Shown piece after piece: positions 31,060 to 38,333 of a stretch of DNA of 38,333 nucleotides. The stretch's first letter is position 1. Every line of letters starts with the position of its first letter. Where the stretch lies: positions 1 through 38,333 of IMG/VR virus record IMGVR_UViG_3300045988_061988. One strand, given 5' to 3'. The notes below the pieces were generated by a model. It had not been told where the DNA came from and did not search any database. It saw only the letters and a program-made list of their open reading frames with translations. Both the position numbers and the translations under genes were made by a program. This DNA comes from a virus.

Positions 31060-32778
31060 ATGGCGACATCAGGAACATTCAAAACATCAGCTTATGATGG
31101 TGCATGCTTACAATTCGATTGGTCATTAAAAAGCCAAAGCACCGTAAACAATCAGTCCGTCATTTCATGGACATTAAAAGGTGCAGGGATTAAGTCTGGC
31201 TATTGGTACATGGCAGGACCTTTCAAATGCACTGTAAACGGCACTGTTGTTTATCAATCAAACACTAGAATTAAGTTATATACAGGTACGGTTGTTGCAT
31301 CTGGTGAGCTTGCAATCGGTCACGATACCAATGGTTCAAAGAGTTTCAGCGCATATGCAGAATGTGCAATTTATGTTACGAGCGTAAACTGCAAAGGTTC
31401 TGGAAGTTGGAACCTTCCCGATATTGGCAGAGCATCACAGCCAAGTTTGAACACATGGCCTAACAATTCTCCAGACTTTAATATCGGAGATACTATTGTT
31501 GTGCATATGAACCGAAAGTCAACAGTATTCACGCATACAGTGGTGTTGAAATTGGGTTCATATAGTTATACTATCGGCACTGGCGTAACGGATAACATTT
31601 CATTGGATACGGACAAGATTGCATCAAGTCTGTATGCACAAATACCAAACAGCAATTCGATGACTGGCGAAATTGTGGTAACAACGTATAGTGGCAGCAC
31701 GGTTATAGGAACATCAAGCTGTGCCATTATTGCACACGTTGTAAATTCTAATCCGACACTTGATGCTTCATATGAGGATTCAAATTCGGCAACTGTTGCA
31801 ATCACTGGTGATAATCAGTACATTATCAGGAATAACTCGACATTGAAAATCAGCGTAAGCAATGTGCAGGCATTAAACAGTGCCACGCTGAAAACATTGA
31901 CAGCGGTTGTAAATGGTAATGCGTATACAGGCACGTTAAAAGGCTCTACAGGCGTTATAAATGTTGGTGTGGTAAATGTATCATACGACACGGAAGTGAC
32001 CGTCAAAATCGTTGATTCAAGGGGAAATGTGGGCCAGAAAAAGATCACGGTTCTTGTGTATGATTGGAGCTTGCCGAGTGCGATTATCAAACTGAACCGA
32101 AAGAGCAACTATTATTCAGAAAGTGTATTAAACGTAAATGCAAACTATGCGTCAATAGGCGGAAAGAATACAGTCACAATCAGGTATCGAACAAAGAAGG
32201 TTTCTGACAGCTCATATGGAAGTTATGCAACAATCCAGAATAACACCGATACGAATTTTACTGCTGATAACGAGTACGAGTGGAACGTACAGGTTGAGGT
32301 TTCCGACAGGATAGGAAAGACAACCTACAATCTGATTCTTCCGAAGGGGATTCCGGTCGCATATGTTGACATCAAGAAATACAGCTTCGGTGTGAATTGT
32401 TTCCCGAAACACGATAAAAGCCTTGAAGTCAATGGTGTGTGTATTAGTGGTAATGTGCTTTACAACAACGCAAGTGGAACAGCAGGAACTGTCACATTGT
32501 CAGACAGTGCGGAAAATTATACTTATCTTGAAATCTTTTATAGATCGTCTGGCGATAATGCTTGTGGCAGCGTTAAGGTGTTCAGCCCGAACGGAAAACT
32601 TGTGCATTTAGGAACGATTCATTATATTGCGGATTATGACTATGCAAAGTTTGCTCTTGTAAGTGTTGCGGGGTCAATGATCACATTCAACCAGAATTAT
32701 CAGATTATTCTGAAAAACAACGGTTCAACATATTCAGCAGAAAATGCAATTTTTATAACTAGAGTGGTTGGATATTAA
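31060..32778 (+). CDS. DUF859-like siphovirus structural protein (host-specificity candidate)
   Basis: N-terminus SGTFKTSAYDGACLQFDWSLKSQSTVNNQSVISWTLKG is typical of this family. Directly follows Tal. Confidence 0.6.
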   Translation: MATSGTFKTSAYDGACLQFDWSLKSQSTVNNQSVISWTLKGAGIKSGYWYMAGPFKCTVNGTVVYQSNTRIKLYTGTVVASGELAIGHDTNGSKSFSAYAECAIYVTSVNCKGSGSWNLPDIGRASQPSLNTWPNNSPDFNIGDTIVVHMNRKSTVFTHTVVLKLGSYSYTIGTGVTDNISLDTDKIASSLYAQIPNSNSMTGEIVVTTYSGSTVIGTSSCAIIAHVVNSNPTLDASYEDSNSATVAITGDNQYIIRNNSTLKISVSNVQALNSATLKTLTAVVNGNAYTGTLKGSTGVINVGVVNVSYDTEVTVKIVDSRGNVGQKKITVLVYDWSLPSAIIKLNRKSNYYSESVLNVNANYASIGGKNTVTIRYRTKKVSDSSYGSYATIQNNTDTNFTADNEYEWNVQVEVSDRIGKTTYNLILPKGIPVAYVDIKKYSFGVNCFPKHDKSLEVNGVCISGNVLYNNASGTAGTVTLSDSAENYTYLEIFYRSSGDNACGSVKVFSPNGKLVHLGTIHYIADYDYAKFALVSVAGSMITFNQNYQIILKNNGSTYSAENAIFITRVVGY

Positions 32779-32834
32779 ACAAAATCATGGTATACTATGA
32801 ATGCAGTGTTTTCATGTTCACTGCATTCCTTTCT

Positions 32835-32872
32835 CAGCCTGTCGGGGGTATTCGGCGGGCTGTTTTTTTTTT
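32835..32872 (+). terminator. Strong rho-independent terminator ending the late operon
   Basis: CAGCCTGTCG-ggggtatt-CGGCGGGCTG (two G-U pairs) followed by T10. A perfect 10-bp hairpin precedes it at 32799-32828. Confidence 0.85.
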
Positions 32873-32882
32873 ATGCAAAATT

Positions 32883-32928
32883 CTATACTAACTTGTCATA
32901 GCCTACAGGTCACATAATGTTAGTAAAG
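32883..32928. other. Candidate attP core (imperfect dyad CTATACTAACTT...AATGTTAGTAAAG)
   Basis: The arms at 32883-32894 and 32916-32928 are reverse-complementary at 11 of 13 positions, spanning about 46 bp between the late-operon terminator and the int terminator. Confidence 0.3.
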
Positions 32929-32957
32929 AAAAAAATCACCGTTTGCATTCGGTGATT
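32929..32957 (-). terminator. Terminator for the integrase transcript (minus strand)
   Basis: On the minus strand, AATCACCG-aatgcaaa-CGGTGATT followed by T7. Confidence 0.65.
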
Positions 32958-33019
32958 GATTGATGTATATTATAGGTGGGTTTAGTTGACATTATGGCAT
33001 GAAATTCTCCTAGTAAATG

Positions 33020-33042
33020 GCAGACAGAAATGTCTGCTTTTT
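33020..33042 (+). terminator. Plus-strand hairpin plus T5 abutting the integrase stop codon
   Basis: GCAGACA-gaaa-TGTCTGC followed by TTTTT. Confidence 0.5.
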
Positions 33043-34375
33043 ACTTGAAGAAAACTTCTATTCCATCAGGTGAAACATGGACAGAATCAAGAACATTTCG
33101 CCACAGTGTGCGCTTGTTCTCACGTGTGAGGTTCTCATATATTGAGCGCCAACCGCTGCTTAAAAATTGGTTAAGATGGTCCGTGCTTTGAGGTTTGAAA
33201 GATTCAAGCCTTTTTATTTTGTCTTCCGTTTCCGCATAAAGACGTTCATAGGTACTTACAGGCATACGCTTCTTGATGAATATATAATTCAGATTATCAA
33301 GCTCTTTTCTTAATTCTTTTAATTCCTTTTCGGTTGTGTCTTTTGTTTCAGACGTGATGCTTGATATTGTGGCTATATGATCTTTAAGCAGCGTATCAAG
33401 ATTAGAAAGCAAATATTTCTCCGTTGCAAGTTCCGCATAGTGCTTTTTGTGGGAGCATGTATGCACCGAGTGTGCATTGTTACATCGGTAATAATAATAT
33501 CGCTTGCCACCTTTTGGATGGCTCACTCCAACAAGTTTAGAACGACATTCTGGGCATCTTAAAAGCCCAGTGAATAAATATACATGTCGTTGTATTCCTG
33601 TGCGTATATTGGCCTGTAATGCGGTCTGAACGGCATTATATGTTTCTTTCGTGATGTATGGTTCGGCATAGTTGGGGTTTCCACGGTATGAGCCGGCATA
33701 AAATTCATTCTTTAATATGTGCATATATGACATATAAGGTCTAGACAGTCCGTATTTCTGGTTGACGTATTCTACAGTGTAATGGACTGATTGATGCAGT
33801 AGAAATGATGCGAAAATGTCTTTCACGATTGGTGCCTTTGATTCATCAATTACAATGCGTTTATTTCCGTTTTCTGTGGCAATCCTGTAGCCAAAAGGAA
33901 CGTTGCCAGTGATAGGTTGTCCTTGTGCAATCTTGTACTCAAATACGGCTTTAATGCGTTCAGAACCTTTTTTTAATTCATGTTCTGCAAGGTTGACTTT
34001 AAGGTTGAACATGAACAATCCGTTCGCAGTGGATGTGTTTATATCGTCCTCGCATATGGAAATCATGGCAACATTGTTCTGTTGAAGAAGTTCAAGCATT
34101 TTATTAGCTTCAAGGACGTTACGTGAAAGACGGTCAAGACGAGTAAAGGCTATTGCATCTAGATCGCGAAGGTTTGACAGCATAGCTTGAAGCTGCGGGC
34201 GTTTCATGTTGCTTGCTGAGTATCCTTCGTCAATGTAGATATGTTGCAGGGCATGACCATTGTCGTTGCACCATTGCGTTATTTCTTCAGTCTGGGCCTG
34301 TATTGAATAGCCATATTTCTTTTGTTCATCAGTGGAAACACGAGCGTATCCTGCCACTCGCAGATTTTTTCTCAT
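33041..34375 (-). CDS. int: Large serine recombinase (integrase)
   Basis: N-terminus RVAGYARVSTDEQ...GYSIQAQ (resolvase catalytic domain), recombinase domain, and zinc ribbon CPECRSKL...YYYYRC. ATG 34375 lies 8 nt after GGAGG, and the track start 34417 lacks an RBS. Confidence 0.9.
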   Translation of the reverse strand: MRKNLRVAGYARVSTDEQKKYGYSIQAQTEEITQWCNDNGHALQHIYIDEGYSASNMKRPQLQAMLSNLRDLDAIAFTRLDRLSRNVLEANKMLELLQQNNVAMISICEDDINTSTANGLFMFNLKVNLAEHELKKGSERIKAVFEYKIAQGQPITGNVPFGYRIATENGNKRIVIDESKAPIVKDIFASFLLHQSVHYTVEYVNQKYGLSRPYMSYMHILKNEFYAGSYRGNPNYAEPYITKETYNAVQTALQANIRTGIQRHVYLFTGLLRCPECRSKLVGVSHPKGGKRYYYYRCNNAHSVHTCSHKKHYAELATEKYLLSNLDTLLKDHIATISSITSETKDTTEKELKELRKELDNLNYIFIKKRMPVSTYERLYAETEDKIKRLESFKPQSTDHLNQFLSSGWRSIYENLTRENKRTLWRNVLDSVHVSPDGIEVFFK

Positions 34376-34549
34376 AAAAATACCTCCGATTGTTTGAAAA
34401 TAAAAAAAGCAGTCCATACTAGCCGATGAGAGGCGGTGAAAATATGGACGCGGAAAAAATATATTCGTTGCTGTTTAATCTTTATGCTGAACAGGAGAAT
34501 CTAAAAATTGATTATGAGTTAGACAACTCTTTTTTTTCGACAGATGGTT

Positions 34550-34891
34550 TCAATCAGAAACATTCTTGCTGTCTAGGTACAGTTTCATTATCTTCAGATA
34601 CAGCTCATCCTTCTCAGGTTCAGGAAGATCGTGAAACAGAGACTCGATGCGCAGTGTGAGGTCTGTCGCTTCATCATAGGTTGACGTATCAATTCCAAAG
34701 TAAGATATATCAATGCCGTAAACCTCACAAAAACGTTTCAGCGTTGAAAGAGTTAAGGAACGTTTTCCAGACTCAATATTTGATATGGCAGGACGAGAAA
34801 GCCCGACCATTTCAGCAAGCTCAGACTGTTTGAGATCACGTGAGTTGCGTAGTTCTTTGAGTTTCCTTCCAATCGATTTATTGTTAATCAT
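34550..34891 (-). CDS. XRE-family HTH repressor (CI-like)
   Basis: IGRKLKELRNSRDLKQSELAEMVGLSRPAISNIESGKRSLTLSTLKRFCEVYG. Divergent from the Cro-like gene and adjacent to int. Confidence 0.85.
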   Translation of the reverse strand: MINNKSIGRKLKELRNSRDLKQSELAEMVGLSRPAISNIESGKRSLTLSTLKRFCEVYGIDISYFGIDTSTYDEATDLTLRIESLFHDLPEPEKDELYLKIMKLYLDSKNVSD

Positions 34892-34986
34892 TATTTTTAC
34901 ACCACCTAAAAAAGTTTATATTTCGATGATAACACACCGTAGCTATTTGAAACAATAACAAATAATCGTCTTTTGATTAAAAGTAG

Positions 34987-35014
34987 TTGCAATTTGATGA
35001 GTCAGTGGTATTAT
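34987..35014 (+). promoter_or_regulatory. Early rightward promoter (TTGCAA, 16-nt spacer, TGg-TATTAT)
   Basis: Hexamers at 34987-34992 and 35009-35014 in the divergent repressor/cro intergenic region. Confidence 0.55.
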
Positions 35015-35038
35015 ATGTATGCAGAAAGGGGGCACGAA

Positions 35039-35233
35039 ATGAAAAGAGCAGAACTGAAAGCATTCAGAATATCAAAGGGATATACTCAGAAAGATGTAGC
35101 AGAAATGCTTGGAGTATCGACTAGCCATTATGCTTGTATTGAGCAAGGAACGCACAATCCTTCTACAAAGCTTGTCAAAGTGTTCTGCAATGTATTTGGT
35201 AAGGAAAATGCAAGTTTAATAATTGGGAGCTGA
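35039..35233 (+). CDS. XRE-family HTH protein (Cro-like)
   Basis: ATG 35039 after the RBS gaaaggggg. LKAFRISKGYTQKDVAEMLGVSTSHYACIEQGTHNPS. Confidence 0.8.
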   Translation: MKRAELKAFRISKGYTQKDVAEMLGVSTSHYACIEQGTHNPSTKLVKVFCNVFGKENASLIIGS

Positions 35234-35238
35234 AAAAA

Positions 35239-35361
35239 ATGTATAAAATCGTAGCAGAAATCGTAAAAAGCGGTAACGCAGAAGAATTAATCAAAATTAT
35301 TAAACAATACGAAATTGATGTTTCAAAAAGAAAGGAAAACAAGAAAAATGATAGGATTTGA
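35239..35361 (+). CDS. Small hypothetical protein (40 aa), not in the ORF track
   Basis: ATG 35239 lies 8 nt after GGGAG. Translation is MYKIVAEIVKSGNAEELIKIIKQYEIDVSKRKENKKNDRI. Confidence 0.4.
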   Translation: MYKIVAEIVKSGNAEELIKIIKQYEIDVSKRKENKKNDRI

Positions 35362-35965
35362 AAACATTACAAAAGAAGTAGCAGCTGATTTAATCGAGCT
35401 AGTAAATCAGTTAAGAGGACTTGAAAAGTCCGCACAGGTAAACTATTCTGTGCAAAATCGAAAAACAGGGGAATGGATGCACAAGGCATTTGATTATGTA
35501 CCACTTGATAATATCTTAAACAAGATTAAAGAAAATAATAATTTTGCCTTGTTACAGCCGATTGGAGTTGATGAGAACGGCATAAACGGTGTTCGCTGTA
35601 TTCTGGTACACAAGAGCGGGCATGTATTTGAAACAAACACTTATCCGTTTGCAGTAAAGGAAGGCGCAAAGCTTCAGGATGAGGGAGCAGAGATCACATA
35701 CCGCAAGCGTTATTCATTAGGTGCATTCCTTGGCATGGCAACCGAAGAAGATACAGACGGAAACGATGATGAAGCAACGAACAGCACGGAGCGCAAGGCA
35801 TCACCAAGACAGATTGAGGTATTGAGCAAGAATTACACAGGCGAGAATCTTGAAAAGCTGTTAAAGATGAACAAGATTGAAAAGTTGGAAGATATGCCAA
35901 TGTCGAAGGCAAGCGAGTTAATCGGAAAGATTATGAAGCAGAGAAAGGAGAATAATCATGAGTAG
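35348..35965 (+). CDS. erf: ERF-family single-strand annealing protein
   Basis: FDYVPLDNILNKIKE...LLQPIG...ILVHKSGHVFETNTYPF...QDEGAEITYRKRYSLGAFLGMATEEDTDGNDD matches the Erf signature. ATG 35348 after aaaggaaaac. Confidence 0.8.
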   Translation: MIGFENITKEVAADLIELVNQLRGLEKSAQVNYSVQNRKTGEWMHKAFDYVPLDNILNKIKENNNFALLQPIGVDENGINGVRCILVHKSGHVFETNTYPFAVKEGAKLQDEGAEITYRKRYSLGAFLGMATEEDTDGNDDEATNSTERKASPRQIEVLSKNYTGENLEKLLKMNKIEKLEDMPMSKASELIGKIMKQRKENNHE

Positions 35966-36245
35966 ATTCGTACAATTTGTAGTATGCCAGCACACTGGCG
36001 ATAGTAAAAAATACCTGTTCTATGCACCTGCTTTTTCAGATATCAAGAAAGGTGACGAAGTTCTGGTTGATACGCAGTTCGGAGAAAGAAAGGCAACCGT
36101 GCTTGCAACTTGCATTTCATCTAGTGATGATGTGGAAAGAGCATTGTGCGTTCTTGCAGGTGCAGAAGGCAAGCAGGTAAAAAGAGTTATCGGCAAATAT
36201 CTATTTGCTAAAATTAACTACAGTGGGGATTTAAAAAATGACTAA
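35958..36245 (+). CDS. Hypothetical protein (95 aa)
   Basis: Start overlaps the erf stop. RBS aaaggaga. Confidence 0.55.
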   Translation: MSRFVQFVVCQHTGDSKKYLFYAPAFSDIKKGDEVLVDTQFGERKATVLATCISSSDDVERALCVLAGAEGKQVKRVIGKYLFAKINYSGDLKND

Positions 36246-36552
36246 TATTATTGAAAGAACAGGCTCAGACATTACGGTTTCTGAAGAAGTATGCGAGAGA
36301 ATTATAAGCCTTGAAAAACAGGCGAAAGAAATCAAGAAACAGCAGGACAGCATGAAAGCTGAAATTCTTGATGCTATGCAGAAGTACGGAGTATTAAAGT
36401 TAGACAACGAATTTCTGAAGATTGCATTTATTCCAGAGCATGATGCAGAAAGGTTTGACAGCAAGAAATTCAAGGAAGAGAATCCTGATGTATACGACTT
36501 GTACGCCAAAATCTCAAAAGTGAAACCGTCCATCCGCATAACTGTTAAGTGA
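36238..36552 (+). CDS. Hypothetical protein (104 aa)
   Basis: Translationally coupled ORF within the recombination module. Confidence 0.55.
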   Translation: MTNIIERTGSDITVSEEVCERIISLEKQAKEIKKQQDSMKAEILDAMQKYGVLKLDNEFLKIAFIPEHDAERFDSKKFKEENPDVYDLYAKISKVKPSIRITVK

Positions 36553-37157
36553 TGGAAACATTCAGCATTAAAGGCGGTACGCTTGAATATTTTGATGAAA
36601 CGCATACATATCTGTATGATGGGCTTATGTTGCCAAGTGTCTCGCAGATTCTTGGTTCAAAGTTTAGAAACGAATATGCAAGCGTGCCTCCTGCCGTGTT
36701 GAATAATGCGGCTCAAAGAGGTACGGCAGTACATAAGGCAATCGAAAACTTTAATGTTTCGGGCTATGATGATAGAAGCGAAGCAGTGCGGAATTTTAGG
36801 TTTTTGCAGAAGCAATACGGATTCGAGGTTCTGGACAGTGAGTTGCCGATTGTGATTTTCAAGGATGATATGCCGATTGCATGCGGACGGCTTGACATGA
36901 CAATGCTGATGGATGGACAGACAGGGATTGCGGACATTAAAACCGTCAGTGCATTAAACAAGGAAAAGATCGCATATCAGCTGAACTTATACAGAATTGG
37001 ATTGATGCAAAGCTATGGAGTTGATGCGAAATTTCTGAAGATCATACATATCAGGGATGGCATCAGGAAATTTATTGACAGCCCTGTGAACGAGGGCATG
37101 ACATGGGAGTTAATCGAAAAATTTTTAGAGGAAAAAGAAAATGAGAAAAAGAGATAA
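36549..37157 (+). CDS. PD-(D/E)XK nuclease (RecB/Cas4-like phage exonuclease)
   Basis: GTAVHKAIE, GRLDM...IADIKT (D...D-x-K) and the QLNLY (QxxxY) motif. Confidence 0.6.
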   Translation: MMETFSIKGGTLEYFDETHTYLYDGLMLPSVSQILGSKFRNEYASVPPAVLNNAAQRGTAVHKAIENFNVSGYDDRSEAVRNFRFLQKQYGFEVLDSELPIVIFKDDMPIACGRLDMTMLMDGQTGIADIKTVSALNKEKIAYQLNLYRIGLMQSYGVDAKFLKIIHIRDGIRKFIDSPVNEGMTWELIEKFLEEKENEKKR

Positions 37158-37545
37158 CAGCATTATAAAAAACGTAGATTTTACTAAACTTAATAAAATA
37201 TTAAATGAAAAAGGCATTAGAAGAGCAGAACTTTCTAGAAGATGTGGTTATTATTCGTACTATGTTAAAGATCATGTATTCAAAGAAAAAAAGCTTAATT
37301 GGACAGTAGCAAATATGTTAGAAAAAGTATATGGCATTTCGCCAGAACAATATTGTTATGAAAAAGAAGAGAAAAGCACTAGCAACAATGATACTGCGAA
37401 GACAACAGCTAGTGACGATGACACTTACAAATTTATAGTTTCGATTAATGGGGAATTTTTGAAAAGGCTGGCAATGGCATCATTAAATGAACATATGAGT
37501 ATTGAAGATTTTATTTTTGACTGTATTTTGAAAAGTGTAAATTAA
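37141..37545 (+). CDS. Putative DNA-binding protein (N-terminal HTH-like, C-terminal ribbon-helix-helix-like)
   Basis: KGIRRAELSRRCGYYSYYV is HTH-like. The C-terminus KFIVSINGEFLKRLAMASLNEHMSIEDFIFDCIL has an RHH-like beta-alpha-alpha pattern. The gene is AT-richer than its neighbours by eye. Confidence 0.4.
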   Translation: MRKRDNSIIKNVDFTKLNKILNEKGIRRAELSRRCGYYSYYVKDHVFKEKKLNWTVANMLEKVYGISPEQYCYEKEEKSTSNNDTAKTTASDDDTYKFIVSINGEFLKRLAMASLNEHMSIEDFIFDCILKSVN

Positions 37546-37560
37546 AAATGGAGGAAAAAA

Positions 37561-37965
37561 ATGAATAACGTTAGTTTGATAGGAAGGCTTACGAAGGATG
37601 TGCAGGAACGCAGAACGCAGAGCGGAACACCAGTTGTTTCCTTCACATTGGCAGTTGACAGGAGAAAAAAGGAAGACGGCGCAGACTTCATTCCTTGTAT
37701 TGCGTGGGACAAAGCAGCCGAGACAATCGCGAAATATGTTCACAAAGGCGACTTGTTTGGCGTAACTGGATATATTCAGACAAGAAGCTACGAGAAGGAC
37801 GGCAGAATGAATTATTTTACAGAAGTAGTTACGACAAGCTTTCAGTTCTTGGAGCGTAAGCGTGAAATGAGTTCTGATAGCCCTAGCGGTCAAAATAATA
37901 GCAATCTTGATTATGGTTGGGGGAATACAGGATTTGACATGAATTCGTCTGATTTGCCATTCTAA
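37561..37965 (+). CDS. ssb: Single-stranded DNA-binding protein
   Basis: MNNVSLIGRLTKDV...SGTPVVSFTLAV...FIPCIAWDKAAE...KGDLFGVTGYIQTRSYE (OB fold), with the C-terminal tip SSDLPF. Confidence 0.9.
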   Translation: MNNVSLIGRLTKDVQERRTQSGTPVVSFTLAVDRRKKEDGADFIPCIAWDKAAETIAKYVHKGDLFGVTGYIQTRSYEKDGRMNYFTEVVTTSFQFLERKREMSSDSPSGQNNSNLDYGWGNTGFDMNSSDLPF

Positions 37966-37979
37966 GGCGGTAATACGGC

Positions 37980-38333
37980 ATGATAGGAAATGCAAAAGCT
38001 ATCATCCAATGGTTGTTCGACCAGCAGGACGCAGAAAAGCTGTACGAGATAAAAGAGAAGAAATCGAAAAGATCACTCACAGCAAACGCTTACTACTGGT
38101 CTTTACTCAACCAGTTGGCTAGCGTTATGAGGTTTAGCAGCGAAGAAGTACATTTCATGATGCTCAAGCGGTACAGCACGTGTGAGGTTGTGTCGGTTAG
38201 GTCAGACATAAAAGTTGATGGCTATTTTCGATATTATGAAGCAATCGGGCAAAGTGATCTTGACGGAAAAGAGTTCACACATTACAAGATTTACAAAGGC
38301 AGTTCGGATATGGATTCAAAAGAGTTCTCCATC
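37980..38333 (+). CDS. 5' part of the NinB/Orf-like gene that continues at nt 56-157 across the circular junction
   Basis: The ATG 37980 frame is open to the window end. KRSLTANAYYWSLLNQLA resembles the RSLxQNxxxW core of the NinB family. Joined length is 151 aa. Confidence 0.5.
   Translation, partial: MIGNAKAIIQWLFDQQDAEKLYEIKEKKSKRSLTANAYYWSLLNQLASVMRFSSEEVHFMMLKRYSTCEVVSVRSDIKVDGYFRYYEAIGQSDLDGKEFTHYKIYKGSSDMDSKEFSI

Noticed and set aside
26571-32778. Diversity-generating retroelement or other targeted hypermutation of the fibre genes
   Set aside because: No reverse transcriptase gene is present anywhere in the window, and I saw no template/variable repeat pair at the DNA level near the fibre genes.
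32984-33019. TTGACA at 32984-32989 as a promoter firing toward int
   Set aside because: No acceptable -10 hexamer lies at 16-18 nt spacing (the nearest TAGTAA is about 20 nt away). The direction would be antisense to int.
33041-34417. Integrase start at 34417 (MDCFFYFQTIGGIF...)
   Set aside because: The GGAGG RBS sits 8 nt upstream of the internal ATG at 34375. The serine-recombinase catalytic domain begins right there (MRKNLRVAGYARVSTDEQ). The 14-codon extension covers the RBS itself.
34426-34659. 77-aa + strand ORF between int and the repressor gene
   Set aside because: It overlaps the 3' end of the well-supported CI-like gene on the opposite strand, has no RBS, and its translation shows no recognisable features.

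Overview
The window is one complete temperate siphovirus (prophage-type) genome of a low-GC Gram-positive (Firmicutes-like) host, assembled as a circle. Bases 1-55 are repeated exactly at 38279-38333, so the unit length is 38278 bp, and one gene (37980..38333 joined to 56..157) crosses the junction. Almost everything is on the + strand. The modules in order are:
- Lysogeny: large serine integrase (33041-34375, -), XRE/CI-like repressor (34550-34891, -) and a divergent Cro-like HTH (35039-35233).
- Recombination: Erf, PD-(D/E)XK exonuclease, SSB, NinB-like protein, small HNH-like protein and DUF1064 resolvase-like protein (35348-38333 and 1-880).
- Replication: winged-helix/DnaD-like initiator and DnaC/IstB-like loader (1052-3384).
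- Early genes: short units, four of them driven by near-identical promoter cassettes (3387-5062), then an AT-rich block of 14 tightly packed small ORFs (5063-9533).
- Lysis, in an unusual position: SPP1-type holin, XhlA-like protein and a GH25/2xCpl-7/LysM endolysin (9635-11245), followed by an HNH endonuclease (11245-11625).
- An AT-rich four-gene operon (11840-15189): multi-pass permease, degenerate ParB-like protein, PP-loop PAPS-reductase-family protein (IbrA-like) and canonical ParB/IbrB-like protein. It sits between the HNH gene and terS.
- HK97-type packaging and head: P27-type terS, terL, portal, ClpP-like protease and major capsid (15201-20451), then connectors, major tail protein and a chaperone pair with a -1 frameshift.
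- Tail tip: TMP, Dit, a nine-gene fibre cluster ending in a terminator, then Tal and a DUF859-like protein (20468-32778).

The most interesting candidate for an undescribed system is the permease/ParB/PP-loop/ParB operon, which I read as a possible DNA-modification or anti-restriction module with its own importer. Also notable are a repeated dyad motif (GTTTCAAAnAGAAAC) embedded in duplicated promoter-leader cassettes, a structured terminator-containing leader upstream of the replication genes, iteron-like repeats inside the initiator gene, and non-canonical placement of the lysis and fibre modules. All family assignments come from motif recognition by eye. No searches were run.
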